Assembly (NCBI GenBank): GCA_963825935.1
Contig: CAWGUN010000013.1
Span: 1,012,340-1,076,339, forward strand
Origin: an uncultured Bacteroidales bacterium
GTDB taxonomy: Bacteria; Bacteroidota; Bacteroidia; Bacteroidales; VadinHA17
DNA length: 64,000 nucleotides
Direction: 5' to 3'
The notes below the pieces were generated by a model that worked only from the letters and a program-made list of their open reading frames with translations, was not told where the DNA came from and ran no database searches. Below are positions 49,120 to 57,029 of this stretch, one piece after another; position 1 is the first letter of the stretch; each line of letters starts with the position of its first letter. The position numbers and the translations under genes were made by a program.

Positions 49120-49536
49120 ATGAAAGAACGTTTACTTGAATTCCTTAATGCAGAAAATAAATCTTCTGCTCAGCTTGCAGAAGAAATCGGAGTACAACCT
49201 TCAGGAATATCCCATATTCTTTCCGGAAGAAATAACCCAAGTCTTGATTTTATCCTCAAAATGCTCGAAAAGTATCGGTTTATATCTACCGACTGGCTAT
49301 TATTTGGAAAGGGAACTATGTACAAAGAAGCCTCAATGCAGAGCTTATTCAATGAATCGACAGATATTGGAAGAGCAGAACCAATTAAAAGCATTGTAAA
49401 TGAGCTTTATAAAGAAGAAAAGGCAAGTATTGAAATGAATTCTTCTGTTTCAGCTCATAAAGATGAACTGAAAGTGGAAAAAATTGTCTGGTTTTATAAT
49501 GACAAAAGTTTCCGTGAATATTTCCCGGACAGATAA
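49120..49536 (+). CDS. XRE-family helix-turn-helix protein
   Basis: 138 aa. The N-terminal 65 aa form a Cro/C1-type HTH (SAQLAEEIGVQPSGISHILSGRNNPSLDFILKM). Confidence 0.75.
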   Translation: MKERLLEFLNAENKSSAQLAEEIGVQPSGISHILSGRNNPSLDFILKMLEKYRFISTDWLLFGKGTMYKEASMQSLFNESTDIGRAEPIKSIVNELYKEEKASIEMNSSVSAHKDELKVEKIVWFYNDKSFREYFPDR

Positions 49537-49622
49537 TCGGATCCGTTTACAGAGGATGAAAACATCTGTTATATTTCCCCATATCCGCGATTAAAACTAT
49601 ATTTGCGGCAAACATCCTCCAG

Positions 49623-50390
49623 ATGACCAAAAGGATAGAATCCCTCAAAATTATTGAAAATAAGCGCCTTAACAAAGATTTCTTTATTCTTGACCTGTTT
49701 AGTGAAGAGAAAATACCGGTAATGAAACCCGGACAGTTCGTTCAGGCTAAAGTGGAAGGGAGTCCGGAGACTTTTTTACGTCGTCCGATATCTGTGCATG
49801 ATGTAAATTCCGGGGAAAATACTTTTAAATTGCTAATCCAGGTCGTCGGTAAGGGTACTCTTAAGCTTTCGGAGCTCACATCAGGCGATTACCTGAATAT
49901 TATCTACCCCCTGGGAAATTCTTTCAGCCTGCCTCTTATGAATCAGCGGATTCTTCTTATAGGGGGAGGATGCGGAATAGCCCCATTGCTATTTCTTGGC
50001 AGATTTCTTAAATCGAATGGTTTCAAACCAGATATTCTCCTTGGTTTCAGGAACAAGGAACGGATAATTGAATATAACGAATATTCTGAAATCGGGAAAG
50101 TATTTATGACTACTGAAGATGGTTCGGAGGGAGTGAAAGGATTTGTCACAGATCATCCTGTTCTCAGTACTTCAAAATATGATATAGTATATTGTTGCGG
50201 ACCGGAACCAATGATGAAAGCAGTGGGTAAGTACTGCAAAAAGAATAAAATAACCTGTGAAGTATCTCTCGAAAACCTCATGAGTTGCGGTATCGGAGCT
50301 TGTCTTTGTTGTGTGGTTGAGACAGTAAAAGGCAATAAGTGCACATGCATCGATGGTCCGGTTTTCAATATTAATGAATTGAAATGGTGA
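49623..50390 (+). CDS. pyrK: Dihydroorotate dehydrogenase (class 1B) electron-transfer subunit
   Basis: 255 aa with RRPISV (FAD binding), GGGCGIAP, and the C-terminal 2Fe-2S motif CGIGACLCC. Confidence 0.9.
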   Translation: MTKRIESLKIIENKRLNKDFFILDLFSEEKIPVMKPGQFVQAKVEGSPETFLRRPISVHDVNSGENTFKLLIQVVGKGTLKLSELTSGDYLNIIYPLGNSFSLPLMNQRILLIGGGCGIAPLLFLGRFLKSNGFKPDILLGFRNKERIIEYNEYSEIGKVFMTTEDGSEGVKGFVTDHPVLSTSKYDIVYCCGPEPMMKAVGKYCKKNKITCEVSLENLMSCGIGACLCCVVETVKGNKCTCIDGPVFNINELKW

Positions 50391-51301
50391 AGCTTGGTTT
50401 TAATATTGGGGATCTTCAATTTAAAAATCCTGTGCTTACAGCATCAGGGACTTTCGGTTATGGATCTGAATATGATGATTTTCTGGATGTTTCAAGGTTA
50501 GGCGGGATAGTGGTGAAAGGAATTACGCTTGAACCCAGAGAAGGCCATCCATATCCCCGCATGGTGGAGACTCCTTCCGGTATGCTGAATGCTGTCGGAC
50601 TGCAGAATCAGGGAATAGATTATTTTGAAAAGAACATTTATCCTAACTTTTCAAAATATGATACTAATGTCATAGTAAATATTAACGGCAGCTTAATTGA
50701 TGATTATGTAGCACTGGCAGAAAGGATTAATAAACTTGAGAAGATTTCGGCCATTGAGCTTAATATCTCATGTCCCAACGTCAAAATGGGAGGTATGGTC
50801 TTCGGAACAAATCCGGGTGCAGCAAGAGAAGTCACCAGGGCAGTGAGGTCCGTTTATTCAAAAAAACTGATTGTCAAGCTCTCTCCAAACGTCACCAGCA
50901 TTGTTGATTTTGCGCATATTGTTCAGGAAGAAGGCGCTGATGCGGTTTCCCTTATAAACACGTTACTGGGAATGTCAGTTGATGTTAGCAAAATGAAACC
51001 ATCTCTATCGACTATTACAGGAGGCCTTTCAGGTCCGGCCATAAAACCGGTTGCTCTCAGGATGGTATGGCAGGTTGCCAGAGCTGTCAGAATTCCTGTG
51101 ATTGGTATTGGGGGAATTATGAATGCTTCAGATGCACTTGAATTCTTACTGGCAGGAGCATCAGCCATCCAGGTAGGAACAGCCTCATTTATTGATCCTC
51201 AGGCATCGGTTAAAATTCTTGACGGTATTAAAGATTACCTGGTTAAAAAAGGCTATTCTGATATTCGTGAAATTATCGGGTATATTAATAAACCACATTG
51301 A
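50384..51301 (+). CDS. pyrD: Dihydroorotate dehydrogenase (class 1B) catalytic subunit
   Basis: 305 aa with [17 protein letters not shown] and IGIGGI. It overlaps pyrK by 7 nt. Confidence 0.9.
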   Translation: MVKLGFNIGDLQFKNPVLTASGTFGYGSEYDDFLDVSRLGGIVVKGITLEPREGHPYPRMVETPSGMLNAVGLQNQGIDYFEKNIYPNFSKYDTNVIVNINGSLIDDYVALAERINKLEKISAIELNISCPNVKMGGMVFGTNPGAAREVTRAVRSVYSKKLIVKLSPNVTSIVDFAHIVQEEGADAVSLINTLLGMSVDVSKMKPSLSTITGGLSGPAIKPVALRMVWQVARAVRIPVIGIGGIMNASDALEFLLAGASAIQVGTASFIDPQASVKILDGIKDYLVKKGYSDIREIIGYINKPH

Positions 51302-51441
51302 CACGCCTGACTTATTGACAGCTTAATTTAAATCCTGGCTAAAACATTTTGCAATCCGGTTATTTCTCCCTATCTTTTGCTTGATTTTTTTAAGCAATAA
51401 CAACCTAAAAGTTTCAATCTAATTAATTATTCAGCATAATA

Positions 51442-51912
51442 ATGGCAGAAAATCTACAGATCGATAATCTCGACAGAAAAATCCTTGATATAATTACTAA
51501 AAACGCAAGGATTCCCTACCTGGAAGTAGCCAGGGAGTGTGGTGTCTCCGGTGCCGCAATACATCAGCGTGTTCAGCGCCTTATGCGGATAGGCGTCATC
51601 CGCGGATCTGAATTTAAGGTAGACCCGGTTCTGGTTGGTTTTAAAACATGTGCCTATATAGGTATTTTTCTCGAACACCCGGGTCATTTCAGGGATGTTG
51701 TCAAAAAATTCAAAGATATCCAGGAAATCATTGAGTGTCATTATACTACGGGTAATTATTCTTTATTTGTAAAGGTTTATACAAGAGATAATGAACACCT
51801 GAAAGACATTCTGACTGAGAAGATTCAGAATATACCCGGTATCGTACGAACTGAAACACTTATTTCCCTTGAGGAATCAATAAACAGGCAGATACCGGTA
51901 CTATCGAAATAA
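51442..51912 (+). CDS. Lrp/AsnC-family transcriptional regulator
   Basis: 156 aa with an N-terminal HTH (LDRKILDIITKNARIPYLEVARECGVSGAAIHQRVQRL) and a C-terminal RAM-like domain. Confidence 0.85.
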   Translation: MAENLQIDNLDRKILDIITKNARIPYLEVARECGVSGAAIHQRVQRLMRIGVIRGSEFKVDPVLVGFKTCAYIGIFLEHPGHFRDVVKKFKDIQEIIECHYTTGNYSLFVKVYTRDNEHLKDILTEKIQNIPGIVRTETLISLEESINRQIPVLSK

Positions 51913-52000
51913 TTTCCAGTCCTAATTAATCTGATACTGCTGTGGCGTCCAGGCAGCACAAACACTTGCCAAAAACCTGAATATTGATGCTTCAACCATT

Positions 52001-52231
52001 ATGAAAATGATTCCCGCTCTTTCTCCAATTATTTTAGGAGCTCTGTCGAAGAAACGTGACACAGGTGGTGCAGGAATCTCCGGAATAGGTTCTCTTCTGG
52101 ATGCTGATGGAGACGGAAGCATTCTGGATGACGTTGCCGGCTTTCTTCTGAAGGGCGGATCCACGCAGCAAACAACAACAGGTATAGGTGTACTGGGATC
52201 TCTTCTCGGGAATATTTTCCGTCGTAAATAG
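52001..52231 (+). CDS. Small Gly/Asp-rich protein resembling the C-terminal part of DUF937 (YidB-like) proteins
   Basis: 76 aa. The frame is open upstream to 51935 but without an ATG. The DADGDGSILDDVAGFL segment is typical of that family. It may be a truncated remnant. Confidence 0.35.
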   Translation: MKMIPALSPIILGALSKKRDTGGAGISGIGSLLDADGDGSILDDVAGFLLKGGSTQQTTTGIGVLGSLLGNIFRRK

Positions 52232-52264
52232 AACTTTACGGCTGGCTGTCAATTTAACCTTTTG

Positions 52265-52318
52265 TGATCTAGCTGGGATTCGAACCCAGGACCCTTCCGC
52301 GAAGCGGAATGCTCTACC
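52265..52318 (-). pseudogene. 3' fragment (54 nt) of a tRNA-Lys-like gene with a variant anticodon arm
   Basis: The minus strand reads GGTAGAGCA TTCCG CTTCG CGGAA GGGTC CTGGG TTCGAAT CCCAG CTAGATC A. The 5' acceptor strand and most of the D arm are missing, replaced by the end of the GIY-YIG ORF. Confidence 0.8.
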
Positions 52319-52559
52319 TGCAATTTATTATTTCGATGATAAAAGATTTTGATTTTCTGCTTTTAATATGCTTTTCTCTTGCCATAGCCTCTTTCCTGGT
52401 TTGAAACAATTCAGTATAGACAACTTCCCAGGGAATTCCAGCATCTGTAAACTTTCCTTTTTTGCGGTTATGCTCTGAAATCCTTCTTTCCAGATCATTG
52501 GTATAGCCGACATAGTACCTATCAAATGACTTACTATAAAGAATATAAACGGTAAACAT
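52314..52559 (-). CDS. Small GIY-YIG nuclease family protein (URI-domain)
   Basis: 81 aa from MFTVYILYS..RYYVGYTNDLERRISEHN (GIY-YIG pattern). The longer track start at 52598 would overlap the terminator. The stop TAG lies inside the tRNA-fragment D arm. Confidence 0.8.
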   Translation of the reverse strand: MFTVYILYSKSFDRYYVGYTNDLERRISEHNRKKGKFTDAGIPWEVVYTELFQTRKEAMAREKHIKSRKSKSFIIEIINCR

Positions 52560-52574
52560 AATGTGCAGTTGAGA

Positions 52575-52605
52575 CAAAAAAGAGGAACTATAAATCAATT
52601 CCTCT
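52575..52605 (-). terminator. Intrinsic terminator immediately after tRNA-Lys
   Basis: The minus strand reads AGAGGAA, 11-nt loop, TTCCTCT, then T6. Confidence 0.7.
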
Positions 52606-52614
52606 TCACCTTTG

Positions 52615-52687
52615 TGATCTAGCTGGGATTCGAACCCAGGACCCCATCCTTAAAAGGGATGTGCTCTACCAACTGAGCTACTAAATC
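52615..52687 (-). tRNA. tRNA-Lys (anticodon UUU)
   Basis: Hand-folded 73-nt cloverleaf: acceptor GATTTAG/CTAGATC (one G-U), D arm GCTC-AGTTGGTA-GAGC, anticodon arm CATCC-CTTTTAA-GGATG, variable loop GGGTC, T arm CTGGG-TTCGAAT-CCCAG, discriminator A. No CCA is encoded. Confidence 0.9.
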
Positions 52688-53308
52688 AAATTTTCATTTT
52701 AAAGAACCAGGACCCTTCCGCAAAGCGGAATGCTCTACCAACTGAGCTACTAAATCAAATTTTCATTTTAAAGAACCAGGACCCTTCCGCAAAGCGGAAT
52801 GCTCTACCAACTGAGCTACTAAATCAAATTTTCATTTTAAAGAACCAGGACCCTTCCGCAAAGCGGAATGCTCTACCAACTGAGCTACTAAATCAAATTT
52901 TCATTTTAAAGAACCAGGACCCTTCCGCAAAGCGGAATGCTCTACCAACTGAGCTACTAAATCAAATTTTCATTTTAAAGAACCAGGACCCTTCCGCAAA
53001 GCGGAATGCTCTACCAACTGAGCTACTAAATCAAATTTTCATTTTAAAGAACCAGGACCCTTCCGCAAAGCGGAGTGCTCTACCAACTGAGCTACTAAAT
53101 CAAATTTTCATTTTAAAGAACCAGGACCCTTCCGCAAAGCGGAATGCTCTACCAACTGAGCTACTAAATCAAATTTTCATTTTAAAGAACCAGGACCCTT
53201 CCGCAAAGCGGAATGCTCTACCAACTGAGCTACTAAATCAAATTTTCATTTTAAAGAACCAGGACCCTTCCGCAAAGCGGAATGCTCTACCAACTGAGCT
53301 ACTAAATC
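52688..53308 (-). repeat. Tandem array: 9 x 69 bp, each unit a 53-nt truncated 5' portion of a tRNA-Lys-like gene plus a 16-nt spacer
   Basis: The period is exactly 69 bp (unit ends at 52756, 52825, ... 53308). All units are identical except an A>G change at 53075 in unit 6. Confidence 0.95.
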
Positions 53309-53330
53309 AATCAACTTAAATTTGCGGTTG

Positions 53331-53361
53331 CAAATGTAGGATATTTTTATAATAATGCAAA
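53331..53361 (-). promoter_or_regulatory. Candidate Bacteroidetes promoter (-33 TTTG, N19, -7 TACATTTG) driving the array and tRNA-Lys
   Basis: On the minus strand, TTTG is at 53361-53358 and TACATTTG at 53338-53331. The first unit starts at 53308. Confidence 0.45.
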
Positions 53362-53537
53362 GTCCAAAAGCTATTTTGCAGATAAAATCTCTGTTAAATA
53401 TTTCAACAGGCTGATAAAATTCTACGGATTAATATACACTGAATATTTTCAGAAAAATCCTGCAGATTTTTTGTAATGAAATATTCATTCGTTCGTCTTC
53501 TTATTAAACTTTAATGTTAAACCTTAATAAAAAGTAT

Positions 53538-54044
53538 ATGAGAAGATTGTTTTTTATACTGGTATTTATCGGGACAGCACTTTTAGTAAACGGCCAAAGA
53601 TCTGTTGATGACCTATTTAACAAATATGCTGACAACGACGGTTTTGTGTCATTCACAATAAGTGGCAACTTTCTGAAATTTGTAAGATCCCTTGATGATG
53701 ATGAAAATGGCAACATTCACTCATGGCCTGAAAACATTACCGAAATAAGGATTCTGGCGCAGGATAAGGATAATCTGAAAGTCGATAATTTCTATGATCT
53801 TGTTTACAGGAACATAAATCGAAATCAGTACGAAGAATTCATGAGAGTAAAGAAATCAGATCAGGATCTTGTTATGCTGGTAAAAACTGATGGTAACAGA
53901 CTAAAAGAGATGCTTTTAATAGCAGGAGGGGAGGATAATGTACTGATCCAGATCAAAGGAAGCATGACAATGGGAGAAGCACGAAAATTATCAGCAGAAT
54001 TTAAGCATGATCATGACATTGATATTATTTCACACATGAATTAG
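53538..54044 (+). CDS. DUF4252-like secreted protein
   Basis: Signal peptide MRRLFFILVFIGTALLVNGQ, then DDLFNKYADNDGFVSFTISG. It is a paralogue of 55187..55711. Confidence 0.7.
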   Translation: MRRLFFILVFIGTALLVNGQRSVDDLFNKYADNDGFVSFTISGNFLKFVRSLDDDENGNIHSWPENITEIRILAQDKDNLKVDNFYDLVYRNINRNQYEEFMRVKKSDQDLVMLVKTDGNRLKEMLLIAGGEDNVLIQIKGSMTMGEARKLSAEFKHDHDIDIISHMN

Positions 54045-54094
54045 GATTTGATGTTATTATCTTTGCCCTGAATCTGCTAACTCCAATTTATCTG

Positions 54095-54637
54095 ATGACC
54101 CGGAATGCATTCAATGATATAATACATAATTACTACCGCAAACTTTACATCATTGCTTTCCGGATCCTCAGAAATCAACAGGAGGCTGAAGATGTTGTTC
54201 AGGAGGTTTTTATAAAGATGTGGAAAATGAAAGAAAAGCTTGATGGATACGATGATGTTGGGGCACTGGCTGTTACAATAACCAGGAATAATTGTATTGA
54301 TCTCCTTAGAAAATGGAAACATATTGACAGTGAAAAAGACGGAGCAGCTATACAAAATATGGAACTTTCTCCTTCACCCTACGACCAGCTGGTAAACTCC
54401 GAAACTTCAGCAATATTGAATAAAATAATTGAAGATCTTCCTCCAAACTTCCGGACTATTGTCCGGCTGAGGGAGATAGATGGATTTTCTTATGAGGAAA
54501 TTGCAGTGAAAACAGAGACTAATATAAACAGCCTGCGAGTTGCATTATCAAGAGCACGCTCGATTATCAGGGATAAATATACCCGATACACAAATGAAAC
54601 AAGAGGAACTAAAAAAGCTGCTGGCACAGTACTATAA
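54095..54637 (+). CDS. ECF-type RNA polymerase sigma-70 factor
   Basis: 180 aa with region 2 (EAEDVVQEVFIKMW) and region 4 (REIDGFSYEEIAVKTETNINSLRVALSRAR). Confidence 0.85.
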   Translation: MTRNAFNDIIHNYYRKLYIIAFRILRNQQEAEDVVQEVFIKMWKMKEKLDGYDDVGALAVTITRNNCIDLLRKWKHIDSEKDGAAIQNMELSPSPYDQLVNSETSAILNKIIEDLPPNFRTIVRLREIDGFSYEEIAVKTETNINSLRVALSRARSIIRDKYTRYTNETRGTKKAAGTVL

Positions 54638-55163
54638 CGGCGATACTTCGACGGAAGACGAAATTAATCTGAGAGATTACTTTTCAGGTGACGATGTATT
54701 TCCGGGATATGAGGCTGAGAAAGAGATTTTTAATCATTACTCGGCAGAAGAAAAAATTCCGGCTCCATCCGGTGATCTTGAACACAGGATCATTAAATCA
54801 ATTGATGACCTTGAAAACGCACGGAGTATCCCGGGAAGAACAATGTACATTGCCATAATAAGTGTTGCTGCTACATTTATTATTCTGGTCGGCTCCTACT
54901 TTTTCTTCTTACGCAGCCAGGAACCAAAAGATACATTTTCAGATCCCAGGATAGCTTACGCAGAAACAATGAAAATACTTAATGAAGTATCAGTAAAGCT
55001 GAATAGAGGTACCAGCAGGCTGCAGCCGATCAATAAATTAAATAATACAGCACGGAAAAGTATTGAATCGGTCGACAGATCAGCTTTGATGATTACTAAC
55101 AGCCTAAAGCGCATTGAGGTCATCCGTAAACTATCAGAAACAGATGTCCAGAAAAACAATTAA
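54594..55163 (+). CDS. Putative anti-sigma factor (single TM helix)
   Basis: Start chosen at MKQEELKKLL, overlapping the sigma gene 3' end. There is one TM helix (IAIISVAATFIILVGSYFFFL). Position is typical of ECF modules. Confidence 0.55.
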   Translation: MKQEELKKLLAQYYNGDTSTEDEINLRDYFSGDDVFPGYEAEKEIFNHYSAEEKIPAPSGDLEHRIIKSIDDLENARSIPGRTMYIAIISVAATFIILVGSYFFFLRSQEPKDTFSDPRIAYAETMKILNEVSVKLNRGTSRLQPINKLNNTARKSIESVDRSALMITNSLKRIEVIRKLSETDVQKNN

Positions 55164-55186
55164 AATATTCTATAAAATTCCATAAG

Positions 55187-55711
55187 ATGAAAAAGTTATT
55201 TCTCATAATTGCAACCCTTTCAGTTTTCGCCGGAATTAATGCCCAGACAAATCCGATAGATGCGTTATTTGATAAGTATTCTGATCAGGATGGATTTACA
55301 TCAGTCTATATCTCGGGTAAGATGCTCAACATGTTAGGTGGATTGGGACAGGAGTCCGGAACAAAGGATAATATCCTAATGCGTCTCAAATCTATCAGGA
55401 TAATATCTCAGGATTCATTATCAAATCTGAAAGTAAATTTCTATGACGAATTAAGCAGAAAGCTTGATTTATCAGTTTATGAGGAACTTATGGTTGTAAA
55501 AGAGGGGCATGATGTGACAAAATTTCTTACTCGTCAAACCGGAAACATTATAACTGAACTTCTGGTTGTCTCCGGTGGAATTGGTGGAAATTCCCTTATT
55601 TCAATAAAAGGTGATATAAACCTTAAAGAGCTGTCAACACTTTCCAAAACACTTGGTATTGAAGAGCTCGGGCAACTTGATAATGCCGATCAAAAGAAAC
55701 CTGAAAAATAA
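55187..55711 (+). CDS. DUF4252-like secreted protein
   Basis: Signal peptide, then IDALFDKYSDQDGFTSVYISG. It parallels the 53538 paralogue. Confidence 0.7.
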   Translation: MKKLFLIIATLSVFAGINAQTNPIDALFDKYSDQDGFTSVYISGKMLNMLGGLGQESGTKDNILMRLKSIRIISQDSLSNLKVNFYDELSRKLDLSVYEELMVVKEGHDVTKFLTRQTGNIITELLVVSGGIGGNSLISIKGDINLKELSTLSKTLGIEELGQLDNADQKKPEK

Positions 55712-55858
55712 AAAATATTATTCTTTTCTGCATAATGCAACCTTTGAACTCCTGATCTGGTTATAAGTATTGGAAATGACTTATTGTCTGAAGATGTGAG
55801 CTTTCTAATTTTTCCTATATTTGTCTTTAATTCGAAAAAATAATTAAATAAAGCTGTT

Positions 55859-56950
55859 ATGGACAGATCATTAACCAGACGGATTGCGACTTTGATGATG
55901 ACGGCAGTGCTTTTTTCATCGGTTGCATTTTCACAATTAAATAATATCGATTTCTTAAGAAGCACACCAGCTGATGGGGTCAAATTTATACAAGCCTATC
56001 TGACTCCGTGGGCGAATGCATTCGGAGCTGGACTGAACGGCAGCTGGTATAATACTGCCAAACCTCATAAATTCGGAGGATTTGATATTACTATGGGGAT
56101 TAATGTTGGTATTGTACCCTCATCTGCCGGATCCTTTGACCTTTCAACACTTGGTCTTTCTTCTAATTTAACACCCCATACTGGCACTGCACCTACAATT
56201 GCCGGTTCTGGTGAAGATGGACCTGCAATGACCTATTCACAGTCCGGAATTACTCTTGCTACATTCAATACACCTCCGGGAACAAACTGGAAATATATGC
56301 CTGTTCCAACTATTCAGGCTGGCATAGGGCTTCCTCTCGGAACTGAACTGAAAGTCAGGTTCATTCCACGGCTTCCAATAAAGGAGGGGAACATTATGCT
56401 ATGGGGAGTTGGCCTGATGCACAGTATTATGCAATATATTCCAGGTAATAAGCTTCTTCCGGTTGATGCATCGATTTTTGCAGGATATACAAGACTCAAT
56501 GGGAATGTTCCTCTGGACCTTCAACCATTAACTGTTGATGGCCATCTGCCAAATTATACAACATACTCTCCCGCGACTTCTTTTAGTGATCAGAATCTTT
56601 CAATGACTGTTGAAGCATTGAATGTAAGTGCTATTGCTTCTTTTAACCTGCCTGTTATAACATTTTACGGCGGGTTGGGATATAGCAAAACAAGAACTCT
56701 GGTGGAGATGACCGGTAATTTTCCTACCCCGGTCGTGGTTACACCGGGCTCCGGTACTCCATATGCCGAATATAATGACAACGGGGTTAAAAAAGGTGCT
56801 GATTTCCCCAAAATTGATATTAAGAATTTTTCCGGACTCAGGGCTAATATCGGCTTCAGAATAAAACTGGCTGTAGTTACATTCCATGCTGATTATACGA
56901 GGGCACAATACAATGTAGTATCAACCGGATTGGGAGTTTCGTTCAGGTAA
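55859..56950 (+). CDS. Hypothetical outer-membrane beta-barrel protein
   Basis: 363 aa with a signal peptide, Gly/aromatic-rich alternating strands and a C-terminal ...GLGVSFR. Confidence 0.5.
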   Translation: MDRSLTRRIATLMMTAVLFSSVAFSQLNNIDFLRSTPADGVKFIQAYLTPWANAFGAGLNGSWYNTAKPHKFGGFDITMGINVGIVPSSAGSFDLSTLGLSSNLTPHTGTAPTIAGSGEDGPAMTYSQSGITLATFNTPPGTNWKYMPVPTIQAGIGLPLGTELKVRFIPRLPIKEGNIMLWGVGLMHSIMQYIPGNKLLPVDASIFAGYTRLNGNVPLDLQPLTVDGHLPNYTTYSPATSFSDQNLSMTVEALNVSAIASFNLPVITFYGGLGYSKTRTLVEMTGNFPTPVVVTPGSGTPYAEYNDNGVKKGADFPKIDIKNFSGLRANIGFRIKLAVVTFHADYTRAQYNVVSTGLGVSFR

Positions 56951-56972
56951 TGACAATAAATTCATTTTTACA

Positions 56973-57007
56973 TACCCGGGACTTCTTAAACTCCCGGGTA
57001 TTTTTTT
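56973..57007 (+). terminator. Intrinsic terminator
   Basis: TACCCGGGA, 10-nt loop, TCCCGGGTA, then T7. Confidence 0.8.
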
Positions 57008-57029
57008 GATTTCCAACCTGCATTGAAAG

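Noticed and set aside
52688-53308. The regular 69-bp repeat array could at first glance be a CRISPR array.
   Set aside because: There are no unique spacers, because the whole 69-bp unit repeats. The unit is tRNA-derived and no cas genes are present in the window.
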